64,000 nucleotides of DNA from Escherichia coli phage phiS. Within the stretch, counting starts at the first letter, position 1. Each line of letters opens with the position of its first letter. This document shows positions 32,669 to 43,743 of this stretch, piece after piece. The notes below the pieces were generated by a model, which saw only the letters and a list, made by a program, of their open reading frames with translations, did not search any database and was not told the origin of the DNA. The translations under genes and the position numbers were made by a program. The stretch is taken from sequence record PP449093.1. One strand, given 5' to 3'.

Positions 32669-33664
32669 TTAGAACTCAAACAATACAGAAACAAGTTCTG
32701 TTTGATCTAATGACCGAACGATAGGTTGTCGGTTTTCCATGTAGACCATTTCGCCTGAGTGTGGCTCTAAGTCTTGCGGACGATACTTATCTTTAACCGC
32801 TTTAACGTCTGGATCGCTAGGACGTGCTTTCTTTTCCAATGGGTTAAGGATAATGCTTAACTGACGGAAACCAGTATTACCCACTAACGCGGTAGTTGGG
32901 AATTGTGCAGAGTCCATATAAGCCTGAAAACGCAAAGTTACTACTTTCAGCCGATAAAGCAGATTATAGTCATTATACCAGGTGATCACATTGTCATAGC
33001 CCCAACGCGCCGGATCTTGTCGCAGTTCATCGGGGAACGGTACAACAATATGTTCATTGGTGCAACGGTTGATCGCCGCATCAGGTGGAATTGTGTACAG
33101 ATATTCCCAACGATACCCATCACCCATATCAATAGAATCGCCCTTTCCTACAGGTGGCGCAATTGATTCATGAGTGGGGGTCCACTTTCCGCCCAACTTC
33201 AAACACTCTACTTTATCGTCAATGCTTGAAATCGAGCAGTAACCGCGATCAGGAACATCGGTTACGCGATACACCATCCAGCCGCTACCAACATCAGTTC
33301 GGTTATATGGTGCTGAGTTGACAACAACAATGTCATTGATAAAGAATGTGCGCGGGTTATCCTGTCCGGTATCACCCCAATCTTTACGAGGTATAACCGC
33401 ATCAAGAAGTGATTTGTTAATCTTAACCGCCCCCAACATATGGGTCCACATATCAACAACGCCAGCCGTTGAATCGGTCGGATAAGGTGGGGCAAAGCCC
33501 ACCTCTTTTTCGTTTTCTGACCACGGCTCCGAACGTCCAAACGTTCCATAAATTGTAATTTGATTTGCTCCATCGCCTACAGAATTATAGAAGTTCAGAA
33601 GTTTTTCTGTTCTGAATTTGCTAGTAATGATTGAGCGATAGATCACACTATTTTCATTAGCCAT
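32669..33664 (-). CDS. 8: baseplate wedge protein gp8
   Basis: Strong similarity to T4 gp8 (SVIYR.I.TSKFRTEK.LNFYNS, GDGY.WEYL, INRCTNE). Confidence 0.9.
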   Translation of the reverse strand: MANENSVIYRSIITSKFRTEKLLNFYNSVGDGANQITIYGTFGRSEPWSENEKEVGFAPPYPTDSTAGVVDMWTHMLGAVKINKSLLDAVIPRKDWGDTGQDNPRTFFINDIVVVNSAPYNRTDVGSGWMVYRVTDVPDRGYCSISSIDDKVECLKLGGKWTPTHESIAPPVGKGDSIDMGDGYRWEYLYTIPPDAAINRCTNEHIVVPFPDELRQDPARWGYDNVITWYNDYNLLYRLKVVTLRFQAYMDSAQFPTTALVGNTGFRQLSIILNPLEKKARPSDPDVKAVKDKYRPQDLEPHSGEMVYMENRQPIVRSLDQTELVSVLFEF

Positions 33665-36600
33665 TAATTTTCCTCTGTGTCGGATTCTTCGGATCGCGTG
33701 GATTCCCTATATTATCCTTCAACCGTTTATCTACAAGTTCACGGAACATAGAGAATGTTACCGCCGACTGGTCAAACAGTGGACTCATTGCAAATCTTCG
33801 TTCGCTTGCTTTAAGTCCGTGGAACAATTCGCTGTTCTCCTGATCATATTCAGGAGGAACGGGGAACTCTTCGCCCATTGTCGGTGACGTTAAGTATAAT
33901 GCTTTCCCTGTTAGTGGGTCAATCTTAATGTTTCCGTCAACGTCAAGGTCTGCCACCCGATCAGGATACACGCTAGGCAATCCGCTGTCAAACTTATAAT
34001 TTTTCAGAGATTGAATTATAGTCTCGGTGTGCTTCATGCTCAACCCGCTGTTAATGAACATCGTAAGCAGGGTAACACCGATAAACCCAAAGCCGACAGG
34101 ATGAACGAATCGCATTACATCATTTGCATAGCGCGAAACTGGCAATGCACTTTTAATCTTCATGGTGTATTGGCTTCGTGAGCGGTTGATATAGTCGATT
34201 GAACTACTCAACAACTCTTTACCACGTACACCAACAAGGATCATCCCCTCAAACGCTGTTTTCTCTGATTTGATCACTTGACCTTCTTCGAACCGTCCGA
34301 TCAGGTTATGAATGGTTACTCGCCAGCGTAGGCGACCACCTTCATATTCCCTTTCAAGATACGTCACGTTAGCCCGTCCGGTTGGAGTATAGATCGTGCG
34401 ACCTACGATATCCTCGTCAATGTTCGTTGAACTAACAACAATATCATACTCTAGTCCGGCTTGTGATTCAACCTCAATTTCCACATCTTCATTATAAAGT
34501 AACTTAAACAAGAACTTGTAAGAAGCCTCCACGCCCTTAGTGGAATAAAAATCTGATTTGCGGGATTCAAAGAATCTTACGACCGCATCTCGCTTGTTTT
34601 TATCTGCATAGATGTTTCGTTTGTTCATCTCTGACCAAAGATACTCATATGCATCTTGCTCGCGTGGATATTTGTTTTTAATCAGATTTTTTAGTTTATT
34701 ATAATATGTTCCTGAACCATCACTTAAGAATTGCAGATAATATTCAGAGAATTTTCTGAAATTTTCGTTCTCAAGTAAAAAGCTATCAGGTGTCATCTTA
34801 TTCAGTAAAGGTCGCAAATCTGGGTCTTGCTCTCTGTCATAATGAACAGGAACCCAGGGAACCTCTCGGACCTGATTTTGCAGTTCAGCAACAAATGCTA
34901 CATTTGTAGGTTTCCAATATACACCAACCAGATCGCGAACACGATAGTTAAATTGATAGAATCCAATGATCTCTCCCGTGTTTTTATGGAACATTACACC
35001 GGATGCATATTGTTTGAACCCTTCAAATTTAACATTGTTAAGATAACAGGTCACGGTCCCTTTATCATAAACTTCACGGTTAATTCTGTTTTTATCAAGA
35101 ATGCCGGAAGTATCAACGTCTTGAGTATAGATAACCTCTGGATAAACAACCAACGGGCGATTATCATTTGTGATCCACACACGAACACCATTTCGACGCA
35201 TCCATGTATAATCAGCCTCATTATAATACGCTTGCGGTCCTAATTCCCAAATACGCAAATCATCATAACTTGCTCTGAAAGTAGTTTGATGTATTTTCTT
35301 ATCAGTTAGATAAGTTGGCTCCTGAGAATATTTTACAGCTTCGCTTAATTCATATTTCGCGGCAGTTTCTGGATCAGGTAAAATGCTTTCGAAATGATGA
35401 TTATAATGGCTTATGAACACCTCATCACCATTGGTTGACATATTACTGAACCCATGCTGAATATATTCCCTTTCCTGCGGAGTGTTGCCAAATACTCTCT
35501 GAAAAGACAGACCATCACTCCCAATTAAGTATACACCCGCATCGTCTGACGGAACAACGTTTTCTGGTTTAGTTGGATCTTGATAACGCTGTTTAACTTC
35601 ACCCGTAACAAATACAAGCAATTTACCGTCGATCACATCCATTTTCTGAATGACAGCTTTATCATTTCCTGTTACTCGGATAACATCAGGATCGAATATT
35701 TTTTCTCCAAACGTAGGCGAACCCTGTACGGTATCGACCGGAGTATTCTTAAGGCGAATCCTGCGAATAACATCCTTAGCACCAACCCACAAATAATCGT
35801 CACTACACGCCATCGCTTCGGCGTATTTTGTGGTGTCGCCTGTTAATCGGGAAAATACGCCAAATACCTCAACGTCAAACCCTAAATCGTTCTCGTCACC
35901 AACCTTTGCAAAAGTGATCGTATCATCACTAAATCGAACATCGTCCGCGCTCCATCGAGTATCGCTCGCTTGTCGTCCGTAAAAGATTCGGTCATAACCT
36001 AAAACGTAAGTAGTTGTTTTAGACTGATAAACGCATGTACGGGAAACCGGATTGCCTACACGGTCATTAAAAGCCTTGTATGCTTTCCATGATTGACCTT
36101 TATCATTTGACACTTTCACGATCGGCTGGAACCGTTCGAAAAGGTACAAAACACCGTTCATTTCCGCTAACATAGTGCGGTTTATATCAATACAAACTTT
36201 TTCTATGTGATCCTGTATTTCATGAAAGTTCTCATCAACTACAATGTAGTTTGAGATATTTGTCATGTTTGCATATTCAGGACTAAAGACAAAATCTTCC
36301 TTCATCAATGATGCTTGAATCAGGTCAGTATTAAACTTGACATACTCTCGATTATCGTATGTAAATTTTTCCTTTATAAACTCATTTGCAAGGTTGAACT
36401 CTCGCATCATAGAAAAATTATATGCGTTTGTTTTAAATGTCTGAAACTCTTCTGTTTCAACCCATTTACTTTGTTCAAATCCTTCTGCGGCTACTGCTAC
36501 ACGAAACTTGTAATAATATTCTGGAAAAAGGTTTTTATCCTCAAACCAGTTTTGTTCGGCAGTATATCCCAGGTTTACCCAGCTTAACTCATCGACGGGG

Positions 36601-36743
36601 ATGATCTCCCCGTCTCGTGTTCTGGTTTCGGCTAACTCCACAAAATAAAAGAAGTTTTCGCCTACGTCATCCCATGTGATATACGCCTGATTAGCAGACA
36701 ATTTTTCTATTGTCAAGCTAGTTACACTAGGCGCTTTAATCAT
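33657..36743 (-). CDS. 7: baseplate wedge initiator gp7
   Basis: 1028 aa; size and synteny with T4 gp7. Confidence 0.85.
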   Translation of the reverse strand: MIKAPSVTSLTIEKLSANQAYITWDDVGENFFYFVELAETRTRDGEIIPVDELSWVNLGYTAEQNWFEDKNLFPEYYYKFRVAVAAEGFEQSKWVETEEFQTFKTNAYNFSMMREFNLANEFIKEKFTYDNREYVKFNTDLIQASLMKEDFVFSPEYANMTNISNYIVVDENFHEIQDHIEKVCIDINRTMLAEMNGVLYLFERFQPIVKVSNDKGQSWKAYKAFNDRVGNPVSRTCVYQSKTTTYVLGYDRIFYGRQASDTRWSADDVRFSDDTITFAKVGDENDLGFDVEVFGVFSRLTGDTTKYAEAMACSDDYLWVGAKDVIRRIRLKNTPVDTVQGSPTFGEKIFDPDVIRVTGNDKAVIQKMDVIDGKLLVFVTGEVKQRYQDPTKPENVVPSDDAGVYLIGSDGLSFQRVFGNTPQEREYIQHGFSNMSTNGDEVFISHYNHHFESILPDPETAAKYELSEAVKYSQEPTYLTDKKIHQTTFRASYDDLRIWELGPQAYYNEADYTWMRRNGVRVWITNDNRPLVVYPEVIYTQDVDTSGILDKNRINREVYDKGTVTCYLNNVKFEGFKQYASGVMFHKNTGEIIGFYQFNYRVRDLVGVYWKPTNVAFVAELQNQVREVPWVPVHYDREQDPDLRPLLNKMTPDSFLLENENFRKFSEYYLQFLSDGSGTYYNKLKNLIKNKYPREQDAYEYLWSEMNKRNIYADKNKRDAVVRFFESRKSDFYSTKGVEASYKFLFKLLYNEDVEIEVESQAGLEYDIVVSSTNIDEDIVGRTIYTPTGRANVTYLEREYEGGRLRWRVTIHNLIGRFEEGQVIKSEKTAFEGMILVGVRGKELLSSSIDYINRSRSQYTMKIKSALPVSRYANDVMRFVHPVGFGFIGVTLLTMFINSGLSMKHTETIIQSLKNYKFDSGLPSVYPDRVADLDVDGNIKIDPLTGKALYLTSPTMGEEFPVPPEYDQENSELFHGLKASERRFAMSPLFDQSAVTFSMFRELVDKRLKDNIGNPRDPKNPTQRKING

Positions 36744-38644
36744 TGAGCAATTGCCTCCAGACTAATAGTTGTGTACTGAGGACGGAGATCGTTTTCAAAC
36801 ACGATCAAAGAACCGTCTTTAGTAAAGATGTTATCAGCAATCGGTTTAGCTGTCAACTCAATATATGAACCAGTAAAGCGATCGCTATTGATATTCAGTT
36901 TACCCAGATCCCATGAAATAAGGTCGTCATAATGCTTAACCTCTCCAACCTCAAAGTATAGGTCCGCACCGTCGATAACCTCTTTATCAAAATCAGTGCC
37001 GGAATAGTGCGGTAAAGCGATTGTAGAATCAACAGGGAAAGGTCCAACCAGCAATTTAGCTAAACCGGATTCTTTGTTCATTTCTGTACTTACATAATGG
37101 ATCGGATATTGCTTGTCGTCCTTTTCGAAGTTGAATGAACTAGACTTGATTCCGCTCTTATACTGGTTTAAAAACTTGATTCCAGCCATCGGTGCTTTAT
37201 AGAAGTTGTCGATCTCTCGCACCATCTCGATTTCTGCACTAGAACCTATCACAGATACATCAGCTTTGTCAATACGCGCAAGCATTTTAGACTTACTAAA
37301 GGTCTGGTTAAAAATTTCCACTTCGTCGTTATAATATGCATCAATCTGATCAATAACCGCACCGCGCAGCCACTGTTCTGATTCAGACAAGTCATTTATT
37401 GAATATGAAACTTTAATATTCTGTTTAATATACAGATAGTTAGGGTCAATGATGCTCGGTGTGATAGGGGCAAGATTATATTTTGCCAGATAATCCCGCA
37501 TATCTTCTTTTTGAACAGTTGTCAAGCGCAAGCCAGATTTCGGCTTAACAGCAACAAAAGCATAACCTGGCTTTTCTCGGTCGGTGAAACATTGTACCGC
37601 CTGAACAATACTACCAAAACGGCTAGATACAAAAGCCTCATAGTCGGAAGCAGTAACACAACGACGCTGAGATTCACGCATTACCGGAGCAAGTTCACGA
37701 ATACGTTCGATTGATTCAGGATCACCACCACCATCTGCGCCGACATAATCACGATCATTTGTCGGATTCTCAATAATTTTAACAATAGAGATAGATGCAA
37801 GGGTATCCGCATATGTAAAATTAACTGAACCGTTTGCTTCCGCTCCCTTAGTGCTGATATATTCGATAACAATATTAGCACCAGTTGACGGCTTAAGGCC
37901 ACCAATATAATTTGCTTCCAGCGCCCCGCCAGCCGCAGATAAGGTTGATTCACCTTCACCAAAGAAGATTTCTGTATGTCCGTCTACGGTTTCGCGCATA
38001 TAGAAAATATTGCTTGCACCAGTTGCATTAACAATACTTTCGCGCGTCCAGTCTTTCCATTCAGCACCGTCTACCCACAACTTAACCTGAGCGCGGTCAA
38101 TATCAGGATCGCGGATCAGAATTTGTTTCTTCGGATCAAATAACATCTCTGTACGAACGATACGACCTTGTGCGACTTTAAGCATAGGCGTATATAAACC
38201 ATTTGAACCTAAAACGCTCACAACGTCTTCTGTAGTAACAAATGGGTAAGAAGTCTGGCGATCCACACTTGCAATAAATTTAGTTCCTCGTGGGATTCGA
38301 ATACTTGCCGGATTTCGCGGATGTGTTACGTGCAACATAATTGTAGTCGATGCACTAGTTTTACTTGCTGGCAAATATCCTAAATCTTGCGCGGCTTGAA
38401 CAACTGAACTACGCTTAATTGCAGTTCTGATAAAAGATTCATATAGCGCGGCGTTAGCGAATTGCTGAATATACAGAGTGTTATATGCGAGCAAGTCCAT
38501 CAATACGTTAATACCAGCACCATTAAAATCAAAATCTTTAAATTCTTCCTGGTTTCTCATCCAGTCTGTTAATGCGCTTTTAATTTCATCGAATGTGGCA
38601 GCATTAAAAATGTCAGGGATTTGTGTAATCTTTTGCTTTGTCAT
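36740..38644 (-). CDS. 6: baseplate wedge protein gp6
   Basis: 634 aa; size and synteny. Confidence 0.85.
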   Translation of the reverse strand: MTKQKITQIPDIFNAATFDEIKSALTDWMRNQEEFKDFDFNGAGINVLMDLLAYNTLYIQQFANAALYESFIRTAIKRSSVVQAAQDLGYLPASKTSASTTIMLHVTHPRNPASIRIPRGTKFIASVDRQTSYPFVTTEDVVSVLGSNGLYTPMLKVAQGRIVRTEMLFDPKKQILIRDPDIDRAQVKLWVDGAEWKDWTRESIVNATGASNIFYMRETVDGHTEIFFGEGESTLSAAGGALEANYIGGLKPSTGANIVIEYISTKGAEANGSVNFTYADTLASISIVKIIENPTNDRDYVGADGGGDPESIERIRELAPVMRESQRRCVTASDYEAFVSSRFGSIVQAVQCFTDREKPGYAFVAVKPKSGLRLTTVQKEDMRDYLAKYNLAPITPSIIDPNYLYIKQNIKVSYSINDLSESEQWLRGAVIDQIDAYYNDEVEIFNQTFSKSKMLARIDKADVSVIGSSAEIEMVREIDNFYKAPMAGIKFLNQYKSGIKSSSFNFEKDDKQYPIHYVSTEMNKESGLAKLLVGPFPVDSTIALPHYSGTDFDKEVIDGADLYFEVGEVKHYDDLISWDLGKLNINSDRFTGSYIELTAKPIADNIFTKDGSLIVFENDLRPQYTTISLEAIAQ

Positions 38645-38934
38645 TTTATAAACACCTTCGGTGATGCCATAGCGACGGTATCGCCACAGCTAATACGGTC
38701 TGCCATTTGAATTGCTTTCTTTCCGGTAACAAATACTTTCGGGGTACTGGCGACCGTAGTTCCCCCGTGTGTATCATAAGGTTTTGTTGTTCTTGTATGT
38801 GGGATTATAGAATCACCTTCCACCAATACCGGAATACCTTCAACGAATACTTTAGATTGAGATGCATTAATCATTGTAGGCGGAAAATTTGAATGCCCTG
38901 TTGTTTTTGCTTTATCATAAGATAATCCAGCCAT
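38641..38934 (-). CDS. 5.4: PAAR-repeat spike tip protein gp5.4
   Basis: 97 aa beta-rich protein; same size and position as T4 gp5.4. Confidence 0.75.
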   Translation of the reverse strand: MAGLSYDKAKTTGHSNFPPTMINASQSKVFVEGIPVLVEGDSIIPHTRTTKPYDTHGGTTVASTPKVFVTGKKAIQMADRISCGDTVAMASPKVFIK

Positions 38935-39500
38935 TAAACACCCCTATGTACATAATCTCTTAATTGCTCTGCCCAGATATCCCAATTACCGAAAACTGTT
39001 TGAGTATAAACTTTCTCTATTGTGTGCTCGGTTACTACCGGAGGCGGATTAGTTTCACCAGCACCCTCTCGGCTATTGGAACCACCACTATTTCCTTCAC
39101 CGGAACCACCAGAAGACTCCGAAACAGATTGGATATAGGTTAGGGTTACTTTATAAGTATAAACCTCCTGTAGACGTGTAGGAGCGTTAAAATAATATAG
39201 ATCTGCGGTAGTTGGATCTGGTAAATCATCAAAACTTCCGGCAGATTTTTTAATTCGATCTTTCGTTATATATTTAAGAGAATCCTCGCCAAGCGAAAAA
39301 CTATCCCGATACTCACCAGATATTTTAGTTTCTTCAACGGTAACGCCCTTATTAGGGCGATACTCGATGATCTTAAACTCTTTAATCGTGTATGTGGTAT
39401 TTGCATCAGGTGGCGTTGCTTTATAAGAGAACACCACCTCAAAGATTTCTCGCTCGCTGATATCCTCCAATTTTGAACTCATCGGAAGAATTTCAACCAT
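38934..39500 (-). CDS. 5.1: gp5.1-like protein
   Basis: 188 aa with Gly/Ser-rich segment; position between genes 5 and 5.4. Confidence 0.5.
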   Translation of the reverse strand: MVEILPMSSKLEDISEREIFEVVFSYKATPPDANTTYTIKEFKIIEYRPNKGVTVEETKISGEYRDSFSLGEDSLKYITKDRIKKSAGSFDDLPDPTTADLYYFNAPTRLQEVYTYKVTLTYIQSVSESSGGSGEGNSGGSNSREGAGETNPPPVVTEHTIEKVYTQTVFGNWDIWAEQLRDYVHRGV

Positions 39501-39508
39501 TAGTTACC

Positions 39509-41308
39509 TCACCCAAGATCAATACGGCTACCATCAATTTTAACTGTACCCGATGCAATATCTTTAACGTTTGCACCACAATTACGGGACCAGTCACCAT
39601 TAACCTGATCTGATTTAGTGCCATTGACGGTCATATTAAAATTACCTTCAACGGTTAAATCATAGTTACCTTTAATTGTCTCGGTAGTATTACCCTCGAT
39701 CATTAATTCAGCATTACCCTTGACGTTAGCCGTCAAATTAGCGTCAAGCTGTGCGGTAACATCACCTACAACATGCATATTCGCAGTACCCTCAACGGTC
39801 TGATTAACATTGCCACGAATAAATTCAGTGACGTTACCATCAACGGTTTGCATCACATTACCCATATAATAAACTTGCGCGTCACCTTCAACAACAACTT
39901 GCAGATTGCCTTTAACGTTGACTTTGCGACCTTGCTTAACGATCAAATAATCATCACCTTCAATCTTTTCTACCCTCGTTCCGTCCGGTCTGGTTTCTTC
40001 AAATGTACCAGAAGGATGTTTACGATGATATCGCTCGTGAGAAGGAGTATCATCAATCTCTATAATATGACCGCTCTCTGACTCGTATACATGGTTATAA
40101 GGATACCTTGCAGAATACGAACTCTTAGGCTCTTTAAACATGATTCGTGTGTCTTGTGGGGTAAACGGTGCTTCTGGGTCTTCTTCTGCTCTCTGTGTCT
40201 TATAGGCAGCAATACGGGCTTTTCTTAAACGCTCTCTAGGATCATCAGAAATTGATTCCTCTTTCTTTGTAGCAATTACGCCATATGATTCTAAGTTACC
40301 AGTAAGAATAATTTTAGAAACACGGTTGGAGCGTCCTGGAGTTTGACTAGCCCATACAGATTGACGTAATCCATCATAGGCTTGTTTCCATTCTTCCGCC
40401 AGCATTGCAGCAAGACTATTCTTAAATTTACCCAATCCACCAACGCCCATTTGAAACGCCATATTTTCTAATGCCATACGACGAGAAGCATTACATTTAT
40501 TATAGACAGGTGCAATACGTGGATGTTTGCGCATATCACGACGGGTCTTTTCTATATCGTCAGCAAATACTTTACTAACTTCTTCGGCGGTAAGTCTTCC
40601 GTTTGTAACTTCACGCCCTACCAGCTTAGAAAGTTCATTATTGATAATACCCAGATCACTGGTTTTCTTATAAATGATCAAATGCCCGATCCCTATTGTC
40701 GGATATCCTTCTGAATCAAGATACCATTTCTCGCGATATCCCTCATCGCCCCGCAGCATTTTTTCTATTGTAAAATCAGGATTATCATCAACCGGAATTT
40801 GGTCTAATGGCTCGTCGTCTGGATTTACTGCAACTCCAGTGTTTTCATCTCGAATATAGACACTATCAGGTTTTGTTGTTTGTCCGGTTTCTGGGTTAAT
40901 ACCGCCACGGGCAAGAATATTAACATCATTACCAATATAACGAGGATATGCACCAGAAGGGTCACAAAAACCTTCTGTAGTGAGTGGTTTCTCTGTATAT
41001 TGTCCGGCAATAGTACCCAGAATAACGCAGTTTAAATAACGTTCATCTAAAGCCAAACCAAATACCATTGAACCTTCAACAATACCAGTAGGACTTTGAC
41101 CTATACCGGAGATCGCCGCGCTTGTAATATCTTGTACTGGAGTAATCCATAATAGATCTTCGGTTGGGAGACCTTGAATGTCACCGTGTGCGGATAGCGA
41201 AGGATGTATACCATGAATCCTAACCTGAACACGCCCCAGCATTAATGGGTCTTCCCTGTTTTCTACAATTCCGGTAAACCATTTAACGGAGTTATTAAAC
41301 ATTAGCAT
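39509..41308 (-). CDS. 5: baseplate hub and tail lysozyme gp5
   Basis: OB-fold N-terminus, T4-lysozyme-like domain (DSEGYPTIGIGHLI), C-terminal VxGxxxxxG beta-helix repeats. Confidence 0.85.
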   Translation of the reverse strand: MLMFNNSVKWFTGIVENREDPLMLGRVQVRIHGIHPSLSAHGDIQGLPTEDLLWITPVQDITSAAISGIGQSPTGIVEGSMVFGLALDERYLNCVILGTIAGQYTEKPLTTEGFCDPSGAYPRYIGNDVNILARGGINPETGQTTKPDSVYIRDENTGVAVNPDDEPLDQIPVDDNPDFTIEKMLRGDEGYREKWYLDSEGYPTIGIGHLIIYKKTSDLGIINNELSKLVGREVTNGRLTAEEVSKVFADDIEKTRRDMRKHPRIAPVYNKCNASRRMALENMAFQMGVGGLGKFKNSLAAMLAEEWKQAYDGLRQSVWASQTPGRSNRVSKIILTGNLESYGVIATKKEESISDDPRERLRKARIAAYKTQRAEEDPEAPFTPQDTRIMFKEPKSSYSARYPYNHVYESESGHIIEIDDTPSHERYHRKHPSGTFEETRPDGTRVEKIEGDDYLIVKQGRKVNVKGNLQVVVEGDAQVYYMGNVMQTVDGNVTEFIRGNVNQTVEGTANMHVVGDVTAQLDANLTANVKGNAELMIEGNTTETIKGNYDLTVEGNFNMTVNGTKSDQVNGDWSRNCGANVKDIASGTVKIDGSRIDLG

Positions 41309-41319
41309 AATTAATCACC

Positions 41320-41874
41320 TTACACATCAGCCTTTTCCATTTCTCGAATGAATGCGTTAATAAATTGTTTAATTTGTGTAGGATCTATGATCTTGATCTT
41401 GCGTCGTTCCTCGTTGCGGAGGATCGCATCTTCCAGTGTATCTACTGCCGATAATGCACCATGAAACTGCAAATGACGGTGATGAATATCACCTTTATCA
41501 TACCAATTGCTTGATCCTTTCGGATATTCGGTAAGATTCCAATACTTGTTTCCGTCAATATCAACGTGGTATAATACTTGATTTCCTCCTACATTTGCAT
41601 ATCGTTGTTCGGCTGATTCATATGCTGTCTCTTGATCGGTGATCCAGTCATGAAACGGATCGTATACGTCATTAAGCATCAGCAAGATCCAATAAAGTTG
41701 CTGGTTTCCGTATACTTCATATGCAACCTGTTCCGGTCGTGGGCTACCTTGAATGTAATATGTTTGTATGTTATAATCAGAAATTATTGCATTGAAATAT
41801 GCGCGGTAATTGCGCACAATGTCAGTAATCATCTTGCCGTTGTATTCAATGGCAGGGAAGAAAGAAAAGAGCAT
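41320..41874 (-). CDS. 53: baseplate wedge protein gp53
   Basis: 184 aa; size and synteny. Confidence 0.7.
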   Translation of the reverse strand: MLFSFFPAIEYNGKMITDIVRNYRAYFNAIISDYNIQTYYIQGSPRPEQVAYEVYGNQQLYWILLMLNDVYDPFHDWITDQETAYESAEQRYANVGGNQVLYHVDIDGNKYWNLTEYPKGSSNWYDKGDIHHRHLQFHGALSAVDTLEDAILRNEERRKIKIIDPTQIKQFINAFIREMEKADV

Positions 41875-41906
41875 TTTAGCACCCTCAATTGATAAATAGT
41901 ATTATG

Positions 41907-41914
41907 TATTTATA
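41907..41914 (-). promoter_or_regulatory. late promoter TATAAATA upstream of gene 53 (divergent region with gene 4)
   Basis: tatttata on plus strand 33 nt upstream of gp53 ATG; plus strand carries near-consensus GATAAATA 24 nt before the gene 4 ATG. Confidence 0.5.
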
Positions 41915-41921
41915 ATAAAGG

Positions 41922-42407
41922 GTGCTAAAAATGGGAGGATCTAACACTTATAAGGGCAAGTATAAGCCAGAAAATCCTGAGAAGTATAAAGGGAATAACT
42001 TACACAAGATCACGTATCGGTCAAGCTGGGAGTTGCACATTTTTAAGTGGCTAGACCGTAACCCTAGAGTCGCTAAATGGGGGTCGGAGACCGTAGTGAT
42101 TCCATACTGGTCCAGCGCCGATAACAAAAAAAGGCGCTACTACATGGATATATACGTTAAGTTTGATGATGGTAAAGAGCATTTATGGGAAATAAAACCA
42201 GCAAAAGAGACAAGGCCACCAGAAAGGCCAAAAAGAATAACCACTAAGACTAAGCAAAGATATATGCAAGAGTGTTACACATACACAGTGAACACAGAAA
42301 AATGGAAAGCTGCGGTTGATTTATGCCAAAAGCATAACATGGAGTTTAAGATCATAACTGAACACGCATTAAAGAAAGTATTTGGCTTTAAAGGGCTTAA
42401 CAAATAG
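41922..42407 (+). CDS. 4: head completion protein gp4-like, PD-(D/E)xK fold
   Basis: 161 aa at the gene 4 position; motifs SSWEL, D, WEIKP; paralog of the C-terminal domain of the gene 17 N-fragment ORF. Confidence 0.65.
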   Translation: MLKMGGSNTYKGKYKPENPEKYKGNNLHKITYRSSWELHIFKWLDRNPRVAKWGSETVVIPYWSSADNKKRRYYMDIYVKFDDGKEHLWEIKPAKETRPPERPKRITTKTKQRYMQECYTYTVNTEKWKAAVDLCQKHNMEFKIITEHALKKVFGFKGLNK

Positions 42408-42418
42408 AGGATAATATT

Positions 42419-43240
42419 ATGAGCGTATTTGAAATAATCACAGAAGACGAAAAGCCGTCTCCCCAAAAGCGAAAGTCTAAACAGTGGGTCGAATTGGGCG
42501 TAGAATTTGCGAAAGCAAAAGCCAAAGGCATGACAGCTAAAGCATTCGCAGATTCTAAGGGAATAGCCTATGCGACTTTCACTAAAAGTATGTCTCGTTA
42601 TGCCAGCGAAATTAAAACAGCAATAGAAGTTGAAAAACTAAAAGGGAAAGGTGCAAAGGGTCTCAATAAGCAGCAACGCGCAATGATGATGATTAATGAT
42701 TTTCGTGCGTCTATGCGTGCTGTATCAAAGAGTCGTCCTAAAGAAAAATCACAAGAGTGGTTTACTAAAACAATAAAATCGGGAATAAAGGGACACCAGA
42801 TTGTAAAACCGCAAGTAGGGAGAATCTATACCTTTATGTATGATGCGAAGTATAAAGACACTTTGCCATATTGGGATGTTTTCCCGCTGATCATTTGTCT
42901 GGGTGATTCTAAGACAAAGGCGGGTAATACTGTAATGCTGGGTCTTAACTTACACTATGTAACGCCTAAAGCCCGTCAGCAGTTTTTAGAGGCACTTTTA
43001 AAGCAATATGCATCTACTCCTACCTTGAGTAATAAAACACGCTTAAAAATCAAATGGAGCGATGTAAAAGGTATGCGTGGAAGTGATCACATGATCAAAG
43101 CATATCTACCGGGACACATTAAAACAAAACTTGTTGAGATTAGCCCGAAAGACTGGAGCAATATCATCTATATGCCAACATATCAGTTTATGTCAAAAGG
43201 CAAGAAATACGACGCAAGGAAAGTCTGGAAGGATGCATAA
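42419..43240 (+). CDS. 2: gp2-like DNA end-protector protein (by position)
   Basis: 273 aa basic protein between genes 4 and 3; assignment mainly by synteny and size. Confidence 0.5.
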   Translation: MSVFEIITEDEKPSPQKRKSKQWVELGVEFAKAKAKGMTAKAFADSKGIAYATFTKSMSRYASEIKTAIEVEKLKGKGAKGLNKQQRAMMMINDFRASMRAVSKSRPKEKSQEWFTKTIKSGIKGHQIVKPQVGRIYTFMYDAKYKDTLPYWDVFPLIICLGDSKTKAGNTVMLGLNLHYVTPKARQQFLEALLKQYASTPTLSNKTRLKIKWSDVKGMRGSDHMIKAYLPGHIKTKLVEISPKDWSNIIYMPTYQFMSKGKKYDARKVWKDA

Positions 43241-43245
43241 GATTA

Positions 43246-43269
43246 AGCCCGTCAATGACGGGCTTTTTT
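43246..43269 (+). terminator. rho-independent terminator after gene 2
   Basis: agcccgtc-aat-gacgggct hairpin followed by tttttt. Confidence 0.7.
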
Positions 43270-43270
43270 A

Positions 43271-43525
43271 TTATAGATCGATAGCATGAGCATAACCATG
43301 TAAGAAGTCTTTTAATTCTTCCTTATTGGTAACACGCTGTAAAATCTCTAATGCCTTGTCGCGATCACGTAATGCACCTGAAAGGGATTTTATTTGTTCA
43401 TCCCTTTCTGCAATCTGCTTAAGCAGATCTGTATTGCATTTAGACAAATAGAGAACTTCACCCCGCAATGTTGCTAATTCGTTATCCAAACGATCATAGA
43501 GTTTTAACAAAATGTCTTCTGTCAT
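43271..43525 (-). CDS. coiled-coil protein (84 aa), inserted between genes 2 and 3
   Basis: ATG with GAGG RBS; heptad-like Leu spacing. Confidence 0.4.
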   Translation of the reverse strand: MTEDILLKLYDRLDNELATLRGEVLYLSKCNTDLLKQIAERDEQIKSLSGALRDRDKALEILQRVTNKEELKDFLHGYAHAIDL

Positions 43526-43589
43526 AAGAAGTCCTCGTATAGTACCCGTTTTATTTATTACTGTATAAAAATATAGTTATTGGTTAAAA

Positions 43590-43640
43590 CATAACCAAAA
43601 CGAAGAAAGATCTTATAGAATAATAAAAATTTGTTTCGGT
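43590..43640. repeat. intergenic repeat copy R3
   Basis: caaaacgaagaaagatcttatagaataataaaaatttgtttcg; near-identical to 6432-6478. Confidence 0.6.
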
Positions 43641-43681
43641 TAAAAAGTAGTCAGTGCCTCCGGCACGTCGCAAAGCGACAA

Positions 43682-43710
43682 TTGACATTATATACTAGAT
43701 ATGTTAGATT
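43682..43710 (+). promoter_or_regulatory. sigma70-type promoter TTGACA-17-TAGATT upstream of HNH-AP2 gene
   Basis: Hexamers 35 nt upstream of AGGAG RBS. Confidence 0.4.
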
Positions 43711-43743
43711 GATGTTGTTATTAATATTATCAGGAGAAAATGT

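Noticed and set aside
41891-41898. Plus-strand GATAAATA as late promoter for gene 4
   Set aside because: One mismatch from TATAAATA and only 24 nt from the ATG; kept as a note on the divergent promoter feature but not called separately.
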